Assembly: GCA_017463345.1 (NCBI GenBank)
Contig: JAFTPI010000054.1
Coordinates: 1-40,108 of the forward strand
Direction: 5' to 3'
Length of the DNA: 40,108 nucleotides
From: Clostridia bacterium
GTDB lineage: Bacteria > Bacillota > Clostridia > Oscillospirales > Acutalibacteraceae
Every line of letters begins with the position of its first letter. The stretch's first letter is position 1. Shown piece by piece: positions 29,239 through 36,720 of this stretch. Made by a program: the position numbers and the translations under genes. The notes under the pieces are model-generated. The model saw nothing but the letters and a program-made list of their open reading frames with translations. It did not search any database and was not told the origin of the DNA.

Positions 29239-29604
29239 ATGAATTTACAAGAATCGGGCGAAATGTACCTTGAAACCATTCTGATTTTATCTAAAGAAAA
29301 GCCATCCCTGCGTTCCATTGATATTGTTGAACATTTAGGTTATTCAAAGCCCAGCGTTAGCCGTGCGGTTAATCTTCTTAAAAACGGCGGATTTATTTTG
29401 ATTGATGAAAATTCCTTCATTTCACTTACCGAAACAGGCAGAGAAATTGCTCAAAAAATTTACAATAGACACACGGTGCTCACTGCATTCCTCGAAAAGC
29501 TTGGAATTGAGCATGCCACAGCCGATTTTGATGCCTGCAAAATTGAACATGTGATTTCTGATGAATCCTTTGATGCAATAAAGAAGTTTTACGAAAGCCT
29601 ATAA
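29239..29604 (+). CDS. DtxR/MntR-family metal-dependent transcriptional regulator (no SH3-like C-domain)
   Basis: MNLQESGEMYLETILIL..., wHTH LGYSKPSVSRAVNLLKNGGFI, and the dimerisation/metal region NRHTVLTAFLEKLG...CKIEHVISDES. AAGGAGG lies upstream of ATG 29239. Confidence 0.87.
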   Translation: MNLQESGEMYLETILILSKEKPSLRSIDIVEHLGYSKPSVSRAVNLLKNGGFILIDENSFISLTETGREIAQKIYNRHTVLTAFLEKLGIEHATADFDACKIEHVISDESFDAIKKFYESL

Positions 29605-29632
29605 AATTTAATGCTTTTTGGAGTGGTTTTTT

Positions 29633-32224
29633 ATGATATGGCATAGTGCAGATGCCAATTCAGTTTTACACGAATTTAATGTTGATGCCGAAAAAGGCCT
29701 GCCCCGCGGTGTTGCGGAGCAGCGCCTTTTGGAATACGGTCCAAACGCTATAAACGACACTAAGCATAACAGCTTTTGGAGCTGTGTTTTAGCGCAGTTT
29801 AAAAATGTTTATGTAATTGTTTTAGCGGTTGTTGCCGTGCTTTACGGCGTTCTTTCCCTCAGTGACACAATGTACGGTGCAAATTGGTGGGATTCGGTTG
29901 CTATTTTGCTCGTTCTCATCGCAACGGCCCTTGTTGGTGCATTTTTTGAAAAGAAATCGCAGGAGGTTTTTTCTTCCCTCAGTGAAATTTCAATGAGCAC
30001 CTGCGAGGTTGTGCGCGATGGCGTTACAATGAGTATTCCCGCAAAGGATTTAGTGCCTGGTGACATTGTTTTCCTTAAATTCGGCAACTATATCCCTGCC
30101 GATGGCAGAATTATTTGTGCAAACGAATTCAGGTGCAATGAATCTCTGCTCACAGGCGAAATGGTGCCTGTGGAAAAAAATCCTTATGCCGTGCTTGACA
30201 GCATTGCGCCCGTTAATGCCCGCTGCAATATGGTTTTTGCAGGCTGCTCGGTTATCCACGGAAGCGCTAAAATTGTTGTTACCGACATAGGTCTTAACAC
30301 CGAAATCGGCAAAAAGTCCACCATTTTAAAGGATTCTGGCGAGGAAAAATCCACAATAACCGAACGCATCGGCGTTTTTGCAAGGATTTTCAATGTAATC
30401 TCCCTAATCATCTGTGCGCTTTTCTTTGTTTTAAGCCTGCTGTTAACCATTTCAGAGCTTGGCTTTGTTACACGGTTTTTTGAAAATCTGCTTATTTCCC
30501 TTTCCCTCGTTGTTGCCGCCCTTCCCGAATCACTTCTTGCGATTAACGGCGTTGTCATTGCAATGGGTGTCACCCGCCTGCTTTCGGGTAACATTGTGCC
30601 AAAGAAAATCGCATCCCTTGAAAAAATGGGTGGTATTTCGGTTATCTGCACTGATAAAACAGGTATTCTCACCACCAATAATATGGTGCTTTCCAAAATT
30701 TTTATGGGCGAAGATGTTATAGTGATTACAGAAAGCCTTGATGATAAAAGCGCGTTGCTTTTAAAGCTTGCTCTCATGTGCACCGAATCCTCAAACGATG
30801 AGTTGCACCCAACAAATCAAATTGATGAAGCCGTGCTCAATTCCAGCATCCGCCTGCTTAATATGAACAAAAAGGGCTGCGATAATCTCTATCCTCCCCT
30901 TATGAGCATTCCCTTTGACCCCGAAAGAAAGCTTATGACCACCGTTAACATGCTTGACGGAAATCCCGTTGCCGTGGTTAAGGGTGCCCCCGAGGCCGTG
31001 CTTAAATATTGCACGGGAAATTATGATGACTATCTCAGGGCAATTGATTCGTTTGCCAACGAATCACTCCATGTGATTTGCATTGCTGTAAAGGTGCTGG
31101 ATGAAATTCCCGCCATATTGAGACCAGAGCTCCTTGAGAGCGATTTAAAGGTCGTTGGTCTTCTTGCAATGACCGATAATGTCCAAAATGATGTTTCGGA
31201 GTATGTTAAAATTGGCACCGAAGCAGGCATTAAAACGGTTATGTTCACAGGCGACCATTTAAGCACCGCTAAAGCCGTTGCAGAGGGTCTTGGCATTTTA
31301 AAAGAAGGTGAAATGGCAATAACCGGTGAAGAGCTTCGTGCTATGAGTGATGAGGAACTTGCCGAAATTATTGAAAAATGCTCTGTTTTTGCCAGAGTTA
31401 ATTCGGCGGACAAGCTCCGCATCATAAAAGCATGGCAGGCAAAGGAGCGCACTGTTGCGGTAACAGGAACCGATGTTGAGGATGAGGTCGCCCTGCAAAT
31501 TGCCGACATTGGCTTTGCAATGGGTAAAACCAGCACCGATGTGGCTCAAGGCGCTTGCGATGTTTTGGTAACCGATAACCGTTTTTCGGGCATTGTGCGT
31601 GCAATTCTTCGCTCCCGCGGTCTTTTTGATAATATTAAAAAATGTGTTCACTATCTGCTTGCCTGCAACTTGGCAGAGCTTCTTTGCGTTCTTCTTTGTG
31701 TTATAATTTTTAAGGTTCCGCCCCTTGCAGCAGTTCACCTATTGCTTATAAATCTTATAACCGACTTCTTCCCTGCCATAGCTCTTGGCTCACAGCCAAC
31801 TGATTTAAGCACAAAACAGCAGGCCCCGAAAAAGCGTTACGCCATGGTTTTAGACAGCACAATTTCTCCCCTTGCGATTGCACAAAGCGTAATCCTTACC
31901 ATTTTAAGCGTTATTGCCTTTGGAATTGGTGGAAGCGGCCTTGCATTTGCCACCCTTACGCTTTGCCAAATTGTGGTTGCACTTAATCTTTCAAGCGACC
32001 GTTCGGTTATTCACCTTGATTTTCTCAGAAACAAAAACCTTTGCATCACAGCGGCCGTGTGCTTTATCTTTGTAATTTTAACTGTAGTAACTCCGCTGGC
32101 ACATGTTTTTGCGCTGAATTCCCTCCCCTTTGTTCAGGTGCTTTTCCTGCTATTATTTGCAGTCCTTACACTTGGCGTGGGTGAACTGTTTAAGTATCTT
32201 AAACTGAAATTTATTAAAGAATAA
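29633..32224 (+). CDS. P-type cation-transporting ATPase (type IIA / Ca2+-ATPase-like) with divergent P-domain motifs
   Basis: N-terminal Cation_ATPase_N pattern (LHEFNVDAEKGLPRGVAEQRLLEYGPN), ICTDKTGILTTN, KGAPE, MFTGDH and 10 predicted TM segments. GGAG lies 9 nt upstream of ATG 29633. Confidence 0.9.
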   Translation: MIWHSADANSVLHEFNVDAEKGLPRGVAEQRLLEYGPNAINDTKHNSFWSCVLAQFKNVYVIVLAVVAVLYGVLSLSDTMYGANWWDSVAILLVLIATALVGAFFEKKSQEVFSSLSEISMSTCEVVRDGVTMSIPAKDLVPGDIVFLKFGNYIPADGRIICANEFRCNESLLTGEMVPVEKNPYAVLDSIAPVNARCNMVFAGCSVIHGSAKIVVTDIGLNTEIGKKSTILKDSGEEKSTITERIGVFARIFNVISLIICALFFVLSLLLTISELGFVTRFFENLLISLSLVVAALPESLLAINGVVIAMGVTRLLSGNIVPKKIASLEKMGGISVICTDKTGILTTNNMVLSKIFMGEDVIVITESLDDKSALLLKLALMCTESSNDELHPTNQIDEAVLNSSIRLLNMNKKGCDNLYPPLMSIPFDPERKLMTTVNMLDGNPVAVVKGAPEAVLKYCTGNYDDYLRAIDSFANESLHVICIAVKVLDEIPAILRPELLESDLKVVGLLAMTDNVQNDVSEYVKIGTEAGIKTVMFTGDHLSTAKAVAEGLGILKEGEMAITGEELRAMSDEELAEIIEKCSVFARVNSADKLRIIKAWQAKERTVAVTGTDVEDEVALQIADIGFAMGKTSTDVAQGACDVLVTDNRFSGIVRAILRSRGLFDNIKKCVHYLLACNLAELLCVLLCVIIFKVPPLAAVHLLLINLITDFFPAIALGSQPTDLSTKQQAPKKRYAMVLDSTISPLAIAQSVILTILSVIAFGIGGSGLAFATLTLCQIVVALNLSSDRSVIHLDFLRNKNLCITAAVCFIFVILTVVTPLAHVFALNSLPFVQVLFLLLFAVLTLGVGELFKYLKLKFIKE

Positions 32225-32230
32225 GAAAAA

Positions 32231-32259
32231 ACCGCATTAAAAATTTAATGCGGTTTTTT
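32231..32259 (+). terminator. P-type ATPase terminator
   Basis: ACCGCATTAA-AAAT-TTAATGCGGT followed by TTTTT. Confidence 0.85.
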
Positions 32260-32261
32260 AA

Positions 32262-32290
32262 TTGACAAAAAAGTTTTTATGTCATATAAT
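32262..32290 (+). promoter_or_regulatory. Perfect consensus promoter upstream of the pseudo-tRNA / structured RNA / tRNA-Pro unit
   Basis: TTGACA (32262..32267), a 17-nt spacer, then TATAAT (32285..32290), directly after the ATPase terminator. Confidence 0.7.
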
Positions 32291-32331
32291 AATATGCGTT
32301 GCAAAACAGTTTGAACTGAAATTTAATATGT

Positions 32332-32354
32332 CGAGGCGTGGCTCAGTTTGGTAG
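32332..32354 (+). pseudogene. Truncated copy of the first 23 nt of tRNA-Pro (acceptor 5' strand plus D-arm), no anticodon or T arm
   Basis: 32323..32354 is identical over 32 nt to 32515..32546, i.e. 9 nt of leader plus tRNA nt 1-23. After GGTAG the copy diverges into unrelated sequence, and no CGCCTCG 3' acceptor strand or GGTTCGAATCC T arm follows. Confidence 0.75.
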
Positions 32355-32470
32355 TTTTTGACCGAGCGCACTCAGTGAGTGATAAAGCGAGAGTCAAAAA
32401 GGCGCCGCGGTCAAAACTTTTAGGCGCTACGAGCCGTTAAAAGTTTTGGGCACCGCAAGAGTAGCAGCGC
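32355..32470 (+). ncRNA. Candidate structured RNA element fused to the tRNA-Pro 5' fragment, unknown class
   Basis: Helix A: 32355-32362 TTTTTGAC pairs with 32393-32400 GTCAAAAA, enclosing CACTC-AGT-GAGTG. Helix B: GCGGT+CAAAACTTTT (32407-32421) pairs with AAAAGTTTTG+ACCGC (32439-32456), capped by GGC-GCTACGA-GCC. It lies downstream of a perfect consensus promoter and is GC-rich relative to its flanks. Confidence 0.4.
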
Positions 32471-32523
32471 TCTTTACATAAAACAAATTTGCAACACAAT
32501 TTTTATTCTAAAACTTAATATGT

Positions 32524-32600
32524 CGAGGCGTGGCTCAGTTTGGTAGAGCGCTGCGTTCGGGACGCAGAGGCCGCAGGTTCGAATCCTGTCGCCTCGACCA
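32524..32600 (+). tRNA. tRNA-Pro (anticodon CGG)
   Basis: Manual cloverleaf: acceptor CGAGGCG/CGCCTCG (C1:G72, A73, as in bacterial tRNA-Pro), D stem GCTC/GAGC, anticodon stem CTGCG/CGCAG with loop TT-CGG-GA, T arm GCAGG-TTCGAAT-CCTGT, and an encoded CCA. Confidence 0.94.
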
Positions 32601-32606
32601 AAATGA

Positions 32607-32641
32607 AAATAAACCATCCAAAACGGATGGTTTATTTTTAT
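32607..32641. terminator. Bidirectional terminator between tRNA-Pro and trxB
   Basis: AAATAAACCATCC-AAAAC-GGATGGTTTATTT (13-bp stem). Confidence 0.8.
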
Positions 32642-32642
32642 T

Positions 32643-33566
32643 TTAAAACTCTTCCGCTAAATATTCCTCGGCAAAATGCACTGCGGTAGCACCGTCGGAA
32701 ACGGCCGTTACAATTTGTCTTAAAGCCTTTGTACGGATATCTCCTGCGGCATAAACGCCCTTTTCACTTGTTTTTGTGGTTTCATCGGCAACAACATAGC
32801 CGCCATTATCAAGCCCAACCGCGTCTCCTAAAAAATCTGTGGCAGGTTTTCTACCGATGCTTACAAAAACACCATCGCAGGAAAGTTCCTTTTGCTGACC
32901 ACTTTTCACATCTTGAATTTTTAAGCCTGTTACCTTTTTATCGGCAATAAGCTCGCCAACCACGGTATTCCACAAAATTTCCACATTCTCTGCGTTTTTT
33001 AATGGCTCGTGATAAATCTTAGTGGCTCTTAGAGAATCGCGGCGGTGGATTAAATAAACCTTTTTTGCAAGCCTTGAAAGATAAACGGCATCGGCTGCTG
33101 CGGAATTTCCGCCGCCGATAACAGCAACCGTTTTATCCTTATAAAACCTGCCGTCACAATGAGCGCAATAATGAACACCACGGCCAACAAATTCCACTTC
33201 GTTTTGAAGGCCTAACTCCCTTGGGTTGGCACCCGAAGCAATGATAACAGTTTTAGTAAAAAATTCACCTGCGGTAGTTTTTACCTCTTTAATCTTTTGA
33301 GAAAAATCAAGGCTTAAAACCTCGGCAAACTCGGTTTTAGCACCAAACTTTTCGGCTCCCTGCTGCATTTTAAAACCAAGGGTAAAGCCGTCAATTCCAT
33401 CTTCAAAACCGGGGTAATTTTCAATATCCCCTGTCAGTGTCATTTGACCGCCTGCCGAAATTCTCTCTAAAACCAGGGTGTCAAGCCCTGCTCTGGCGGC
33501 ATAGAGAGCTGCTGTGTAGCCTGCAGGACCGCCACCGATAATAAGCACATCAAAAATATGTTGCAT
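32643..33566 (-). CDS. trxB: Thioredoxin-disulfide reductase
   Basis: FDVLIIGGGPAGYTAALYAAR, redox-active CAHCDG, GGGNSAA and YAAGD. ATG 33566 has a GGAG 6 nt upstream. Confidence 0.96.
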   Translation of the reverse strand: MQHIFDVLIIGGGPAGYTAALYAARAGLDTLVLERISAGGQMTLTGDIENYPGFEDGIDGFTLGFKMQQGAEKFGAKTEFAEVLSLDFSQKIKEVKTTAGEFFTKTVIIASGANPRELGLQNEVEFVGRGVHYCAHCDGRFYKDKTVAVIGGGNSAAADAVYLSRLAKKVYLIHRRDSLRATKIYHEPLKNAENVEILWNTVVGELIADKKVTGLKIQDVKSGQQKELSCDGVFVSIGRKPATDFLGDAVGLDNGGYVVADETTKTSEKGVYAAGDIRTKALRQIVTAVSDGATAVHFAEEYLAEEF

Positions 33567-33583
33567 ATCGCTCTCCAATTTAT

Positions 33584-33892
33584 TTAATCCTCAAGCATTG
33601 CAAGAATGCTATGTTTAGGTCTTGCCCCTGCCGACTGATTAACAATTTCGCCGTTTTTTATTACAACGAGGGTTGGAATGCTCATAACACCAAACTCGTT
33701 TGCAAGCTCGGGCTCGTTATCAACATTGATTTTGCCCACAAGATACTGCGGATTTTCCTCTGCAATTTCATCAACAATGGGTGACACCATTTTGCAGGGG
33801 CCACACCAATCGGCATAAAAATCAAGGAGAACTGGTTTTTCACTTTTTAAAATATCGCTGAAATTATCTTTTGTAACAACTAATGCTGACAT
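33584..33892 (-). CDS. trxA: Thioredoxin
   Basis: 102 aa with the WCGPCK active site and the PTLVVIKNGE motif. Confidence 0.96.
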   Translation of the reverse strand: MSALVVTKDNFSDILKSEKPVLLDFYADWCGPCKMVSPIVDEIAEENPQYLVGKINVDNEPELANEFGVMSIPTLVVIKNGEIVNQSAGARPKHSILAMLED

Positions 33893-34020
33893 TTTTAACT
33901 TCCTTTCTTTTTTCTACTATTCTACCCCACAAGCCCTTAAAATAAGCCTGTAAAGCGTTAATTCATATAAAAAACCATGGGTCGTGACCAAACTTCAAAG
34001 GCCTATTACACTTTTATTAT

Positions 34021-34064
34021 AAAATAGAGCCCTAGTTTTTTCAATATAAAAACTACGGCTCTAT
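34021..34064 (-). terminator. feo operon terminator
   Basis: 17-bp stem with one mismatch, 34024..34040 paired with 34048..34064, and a 7-nt loop. The U tract is short. Confidence 0.65.
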
Positions 34065-34068
34065 CTTT

Positions 34069-34233
34069 TCATTTCTTTTCAGAATCGTTTTGTTTTGCGC
34101 CGCAATTGCCGCCACACTGCTTAGCATAGGGGCAACCAACGCACTTTGCGCCGCTTTTTTTAGCTCTTATTAAATAAAATGCCGCAGCACCGATGATTAA
34201 AACGAGAACAGCAATAATAATATAATTTTCCAT
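34069..34233 (-). CDS. FeoB-associated Cys-rich small membrane protein (54 aa)
   Basis: Below the ORF-track size cutoff. Manual translation: MENYIIIAVLVLIIGAAAFYLIRAKKSGAKCVGCPYAKQCGGNCGAKQNDSEKK, i.e. one TM helix plus a Cys-rich tail. The ATG lies 2 nt after the feoB stop and is followed by a 17-bp-stem terminator. Confidence 0.82.
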   Translation of the reverse strand: MENYIIIAVLVLIIGAAAFYLIRAKKSGAKCVGCPYAKQCGGNCGAKQNDSEKK

Positions 34234-34235
34234 AA

Positions 34236-36296
34236 CTATTTAGTGGTGGCGGGCTCTTTTTTATCAGCACCGCTCAGTTTATGTTCAGACTGAAATTTTT
34301 TATTTGTGTTGTTTATGATGCCAATTATCACACCTGCCATCAAAAGAACGGCGACAAGACCGCAAACAGCGCCGATAACATTAAGCATTGCGGGGGCTGT
34401 TAAAAGAGTACCTACAGTGTACACAAGATAGCCAATGGTAAAGCCAACGGCAAGCTGCAGGCCGATTCCGCCCCAAAGCCATTTTGCGCTCTTCATTTCG
34501 GAGTTCATTGCTCCGATTGCGGCAAAGCAAGGAGGTGTAAAGAGGTTGAACATAAGGTAAGCCAAAGCGGCAACCTTTGTGATTGCCATAACACCTGCAA
34601 CCTCGGCGCCTGCGCCCTCCATAAGGGCAAGCTCTTCGGTGTCAATAAGGTTTTCAAGGCCAACAAAGCAAACAGCCAGAGTTCCAACAACATTTTCCTT
34701 TGCAATAAAGCCGGTAATGGCCGCTGCGGCAAGCTGCCAGGAAAGAACGCCCACAACGGGCACAAGGATATAGGCAAAGGGACCTGCAATGGTAGCAAGA
34801 ATAGAAGTATCAGCCGTTTCTGCAACCGAGAAGCTCCAGTTAAAGGTCTGCATAATCTGAACAGCGGTGTTGCAAAGAAGAATAATGGTAGCCGCTTTAA
34901 CTATGTAAGACCAGCCGCGGGAGCACATTGACTTAAATGCTCCCCAAAAAGAGGGGGCCTTATATTCAGGCAACTCAATAATAAAATAGGATTTTTTGTT
35001 TTTATAGCCTGTAATTTGGTTAATAAGCAATGCGCCAAGGAAGATAATCACAATGCCCGAAAGATACATCGCCCAGCTTACCCAGCCTGCATTATCAAAG
35101 AAGGCTCCCGCAAACAGTGAAATTACGGGGATTTTAGCGCCGCAAGGCATAAAGGGGGTCAGCATTGCGGTGGCTCTGCGTTCGCGCTCGTTGCGAATGG
35201 TGCGGCAAGCCATAACGCCGGGAATTGCGCAACCAATACCAATAACAAAGGGAATAACCGATTTGCCCGAAAGACCAACCTTTTTAAAGATGGGGTCAAG
35301 AACAACGGCAACGCGGGCCATATATCCGCAGTCCTCAAGAATAGCAATGAGGAAATACATTACCATTACAAGGGGTAAAAATCCTACAACAGCGCCAACG
35401 CCGCCGATTATACCATCAACAACAAGGGCCGAAAGAAGCGGATGCACATTCTCCATAAGGCCGCCAACCCACTCGCCAAACATTTCAATAAGGGTTACAA
35501 GACCGGGAACTTCAAAGCCGAAAAGCTCGCCGCCCTCGGCAATAAAGGGACCAACCCAAGCCTGAGAAATTTGGAAAACGAAAAACATAACAACGGCGAA
35601 AATGGGAATACCAAGCCACTTATTTGTAAGCACAGCGTCAATCTTATCGCCAAAGTTTTTATCCTTAGTTAAAACCTTGCGGGTTTCAACGGCATCAACA
35701 ATTTTATTAACAAAGGCAAAGCGCTTGCGGTCAGCCGACTGGACCGCCTTTTTATCGCTTAAATCAACATTGTCCTGAACATAAGGCGCCTTCTGTTCCT
35801 TACCGACATTTGCAACTGCCGCCTCAATAACAGCCTTTAAACCATCAGCCGCAGTAGAAACCGTGCTAACAACAGGGCAACCCAGTTTTTCGCTTAAGGC
35901 TTTTTCATCAATAATCGTTTCCTTTTTCTCGTTAATATCGCTCTTATTAAGGGCAACAACAACCGGAATTTGGAGCTCTAAAAGCTGGGTTGTAAAGAAA
36001 AGGCTGCGGCTCAAATTTGTGGCATCCACAATGTTAATAATAACATCGGGATTTTCCTTTTTAACATAAAAGCTTGTAATGCTTTCCTCACTTGTAAAAG
36101 GCGACATTGAATAGGCACCGGGAAGGTCAACGGCAATAAGCTGCTCTTCCCCGCTATAATAAGCCTTTTTAATTGGGTGTTCCTTTTTATCAACGGTAAC
36201 ACCCGCCCAGTTTCCAACCTTTTCATTGCAACCGGTAAGGGCGTTATACATCGTTGTTTTACCGGAATTTGGATTGCCTGTTAATGCAATTCTCAC
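34236..36296 (-). CDS. feoB: Ferrous iron transporter FeoB
   Basis: N-terminal G domain IALTGNPNSGKTTMYNALTG, DLPGAYS, NKSD, and a polytopic membrane domain. The likely start is GTG 36296, 8 nt after AAGGAGG; the track ORF extends to 36338. Confidence 0.96.
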   Translation of the reverse strand: MRIALTGNPNSGKTTMYNALTGCNEKVGNWAGVTVDKKEHPIKKAYYSGEEQLIAVDLPGAYSMSPFTSEESITSFYVKKENPDVIINIVDATNLSRSLFFTTQLLELQIPVVVALNKSDINEKKETIIDEKALSEKLGCPVVSTVSTAADGLKAVIEAAVANVGKEQKAPYVQDNVDLSDKKAVQSADRKRFAFVNKIVDAVETRKVLTKDKNFGDKIDAVLTNKWLGIPIFAVVMFFVFQISQAWVGPFIAEGGELFGFEVPGLVTLIEMFGEWVGGLMENVHPLLSALVVDGIIGGVGAVVGFLPLVMVMYFLIAILEDCGYMARVAVVLDPIFKKVGLSGKSVIPFVIGIGCAIPGVMACRTIRNERERRATAMLTPFMPCGAKIPVISLFAGAFFDNAGWVSWAMYLSGIVIIFLGALLINQITGYKNKKSYFIIELPEYKAPSFWGAFKSMCSRGWSYIVKAATIILLCNTAVQIMQTFNWSFSVAETADTSILATIAGPFAYILVPVVGVLSWQLAAAAITGFIAKENVVGTLAVCFVGLENLIDTEELALMEGAGAEVAGVMAITKVAALAYLMFNLFTPPCFAAIGAMNSEMKSAKWLWGGIGLQLAVGFTIGYLVYTVGTLLTAPAMLNVIGAVCGLVAVLLMAGVIIGIINNTNKKFQSEHKLSGADKKEPATTK

Positions 36297-36358
36297 CTTA
36301 TATTCCTCCTTTAAGGTTCTAACCTTTATATTTATCATTTCAGAAAATTTACAGTTTT

Positions 36359-36378
36359 GAGTTAGCGGTGGCTAACTC
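36359..36378. promoter_or_regulatory. Palindrome GAGTTAGC-GGTG-GCTAACTC (operator-like), feoA-feoB intercistronic
   Basis: Perfect 8-bp arms with a 4-nt spacer. Same arm sequence as the copies at 36664..36681, 36697..36714 and 4637..4653. Confidence 0.6.
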
Positions 36379-36415
36379 GTCCTCAAAAAACAATCGGCCT
36401 TATGCCGATAAGTTT

Positions 36416-36631
36416 TTAAAAAATAATGATTGCTTCGGCAAGCTGCCTGTCAATGTTATATCGCGCATCCTTGATAGACACCATACAACTGTTTTTTAAA
36501 TGGGAAACAACAGTGATTTTTTCTCCACTGTAGCAACCGAGAGAAAACAGAAAAGCATCAAGCTCTTCATCATCGGTGTTAATCTGCTCAATTATATATT
36601 CCTTTCCCTCTTGGGCTTCCCACAAGGTCAC
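36416..36631 (-). CDS. feoA: FeoA-family protein
   Basis: 71-aa SH3-like FeoA pattern (L.EAQEGKEYIIEQI...LGCYSGEKITVV...IKDARYNIDRQLAEAI). GTG start, positioned upstream of feoB. Confidence 0.9.
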   Translation of the reverse strand: MTLWEAQEGKEYIIEQINTDDEELDAFLFSLGCYSGEKITVVSHLKNSCMVSIKDARYNIDRQLAEAIIIF

Positions 36632-36663
36632 TTATATCACCGCGAATCCATAAATAATCTGAA

Positions 36664-36681
36664 ATTAGCCGAGGCTAACTC
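36664..36681. promoter_or_regulatory. Palindrome ATTAGC-CGAG-GCTAACTC (operator-like) in the feoA 5' UTR
   Basis: TTAGC at 36665..36669 and GCTAA at 36674..36678, about +34 to +50 relative to the predicted feoA transcription start. Confidence 0.6.
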
Positions 36682-36696
36682 ATAGCCAAAAAATAC

Positions 36697-36714
36697 AGTT
36701 AGCCTTTGCTAACC
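36697..36714. promoter_or_regulatory. Palindrome AGTTAGC-CTTT-GCTAACC (operator-like) at the feoA transcription start
   Basis: GTTAGC at 36698..36703 and GCTAAC at 36708..36713, immediately downstream of the -10 hexamer at 36721..36726. Confidence 0.62.
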
Positions 36715-36720
36715 TTGTAT

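Noticed and set aside
29133-29318. 61-aa minus-strand ORF overlapping the promoter and 5' end of the DtxR-family gene
   Set aside because: It spans a clear promoter and RBS and the conserved wHTH N-terminus on the other strand, and it has no RBS of its own.
32297-32494. Possibility that the roughly 190-nt upstream unit is a 6S RNA or another known sRNA
   Set aside because: The 5' and 3' ends pair only over GUUGCAAA/UUUGCAAC plus a few short stretches, so there is no long imperfect rod with a central bubble. I cannot support a 6S call by eye, and the element is left as an unknown class in the findings.
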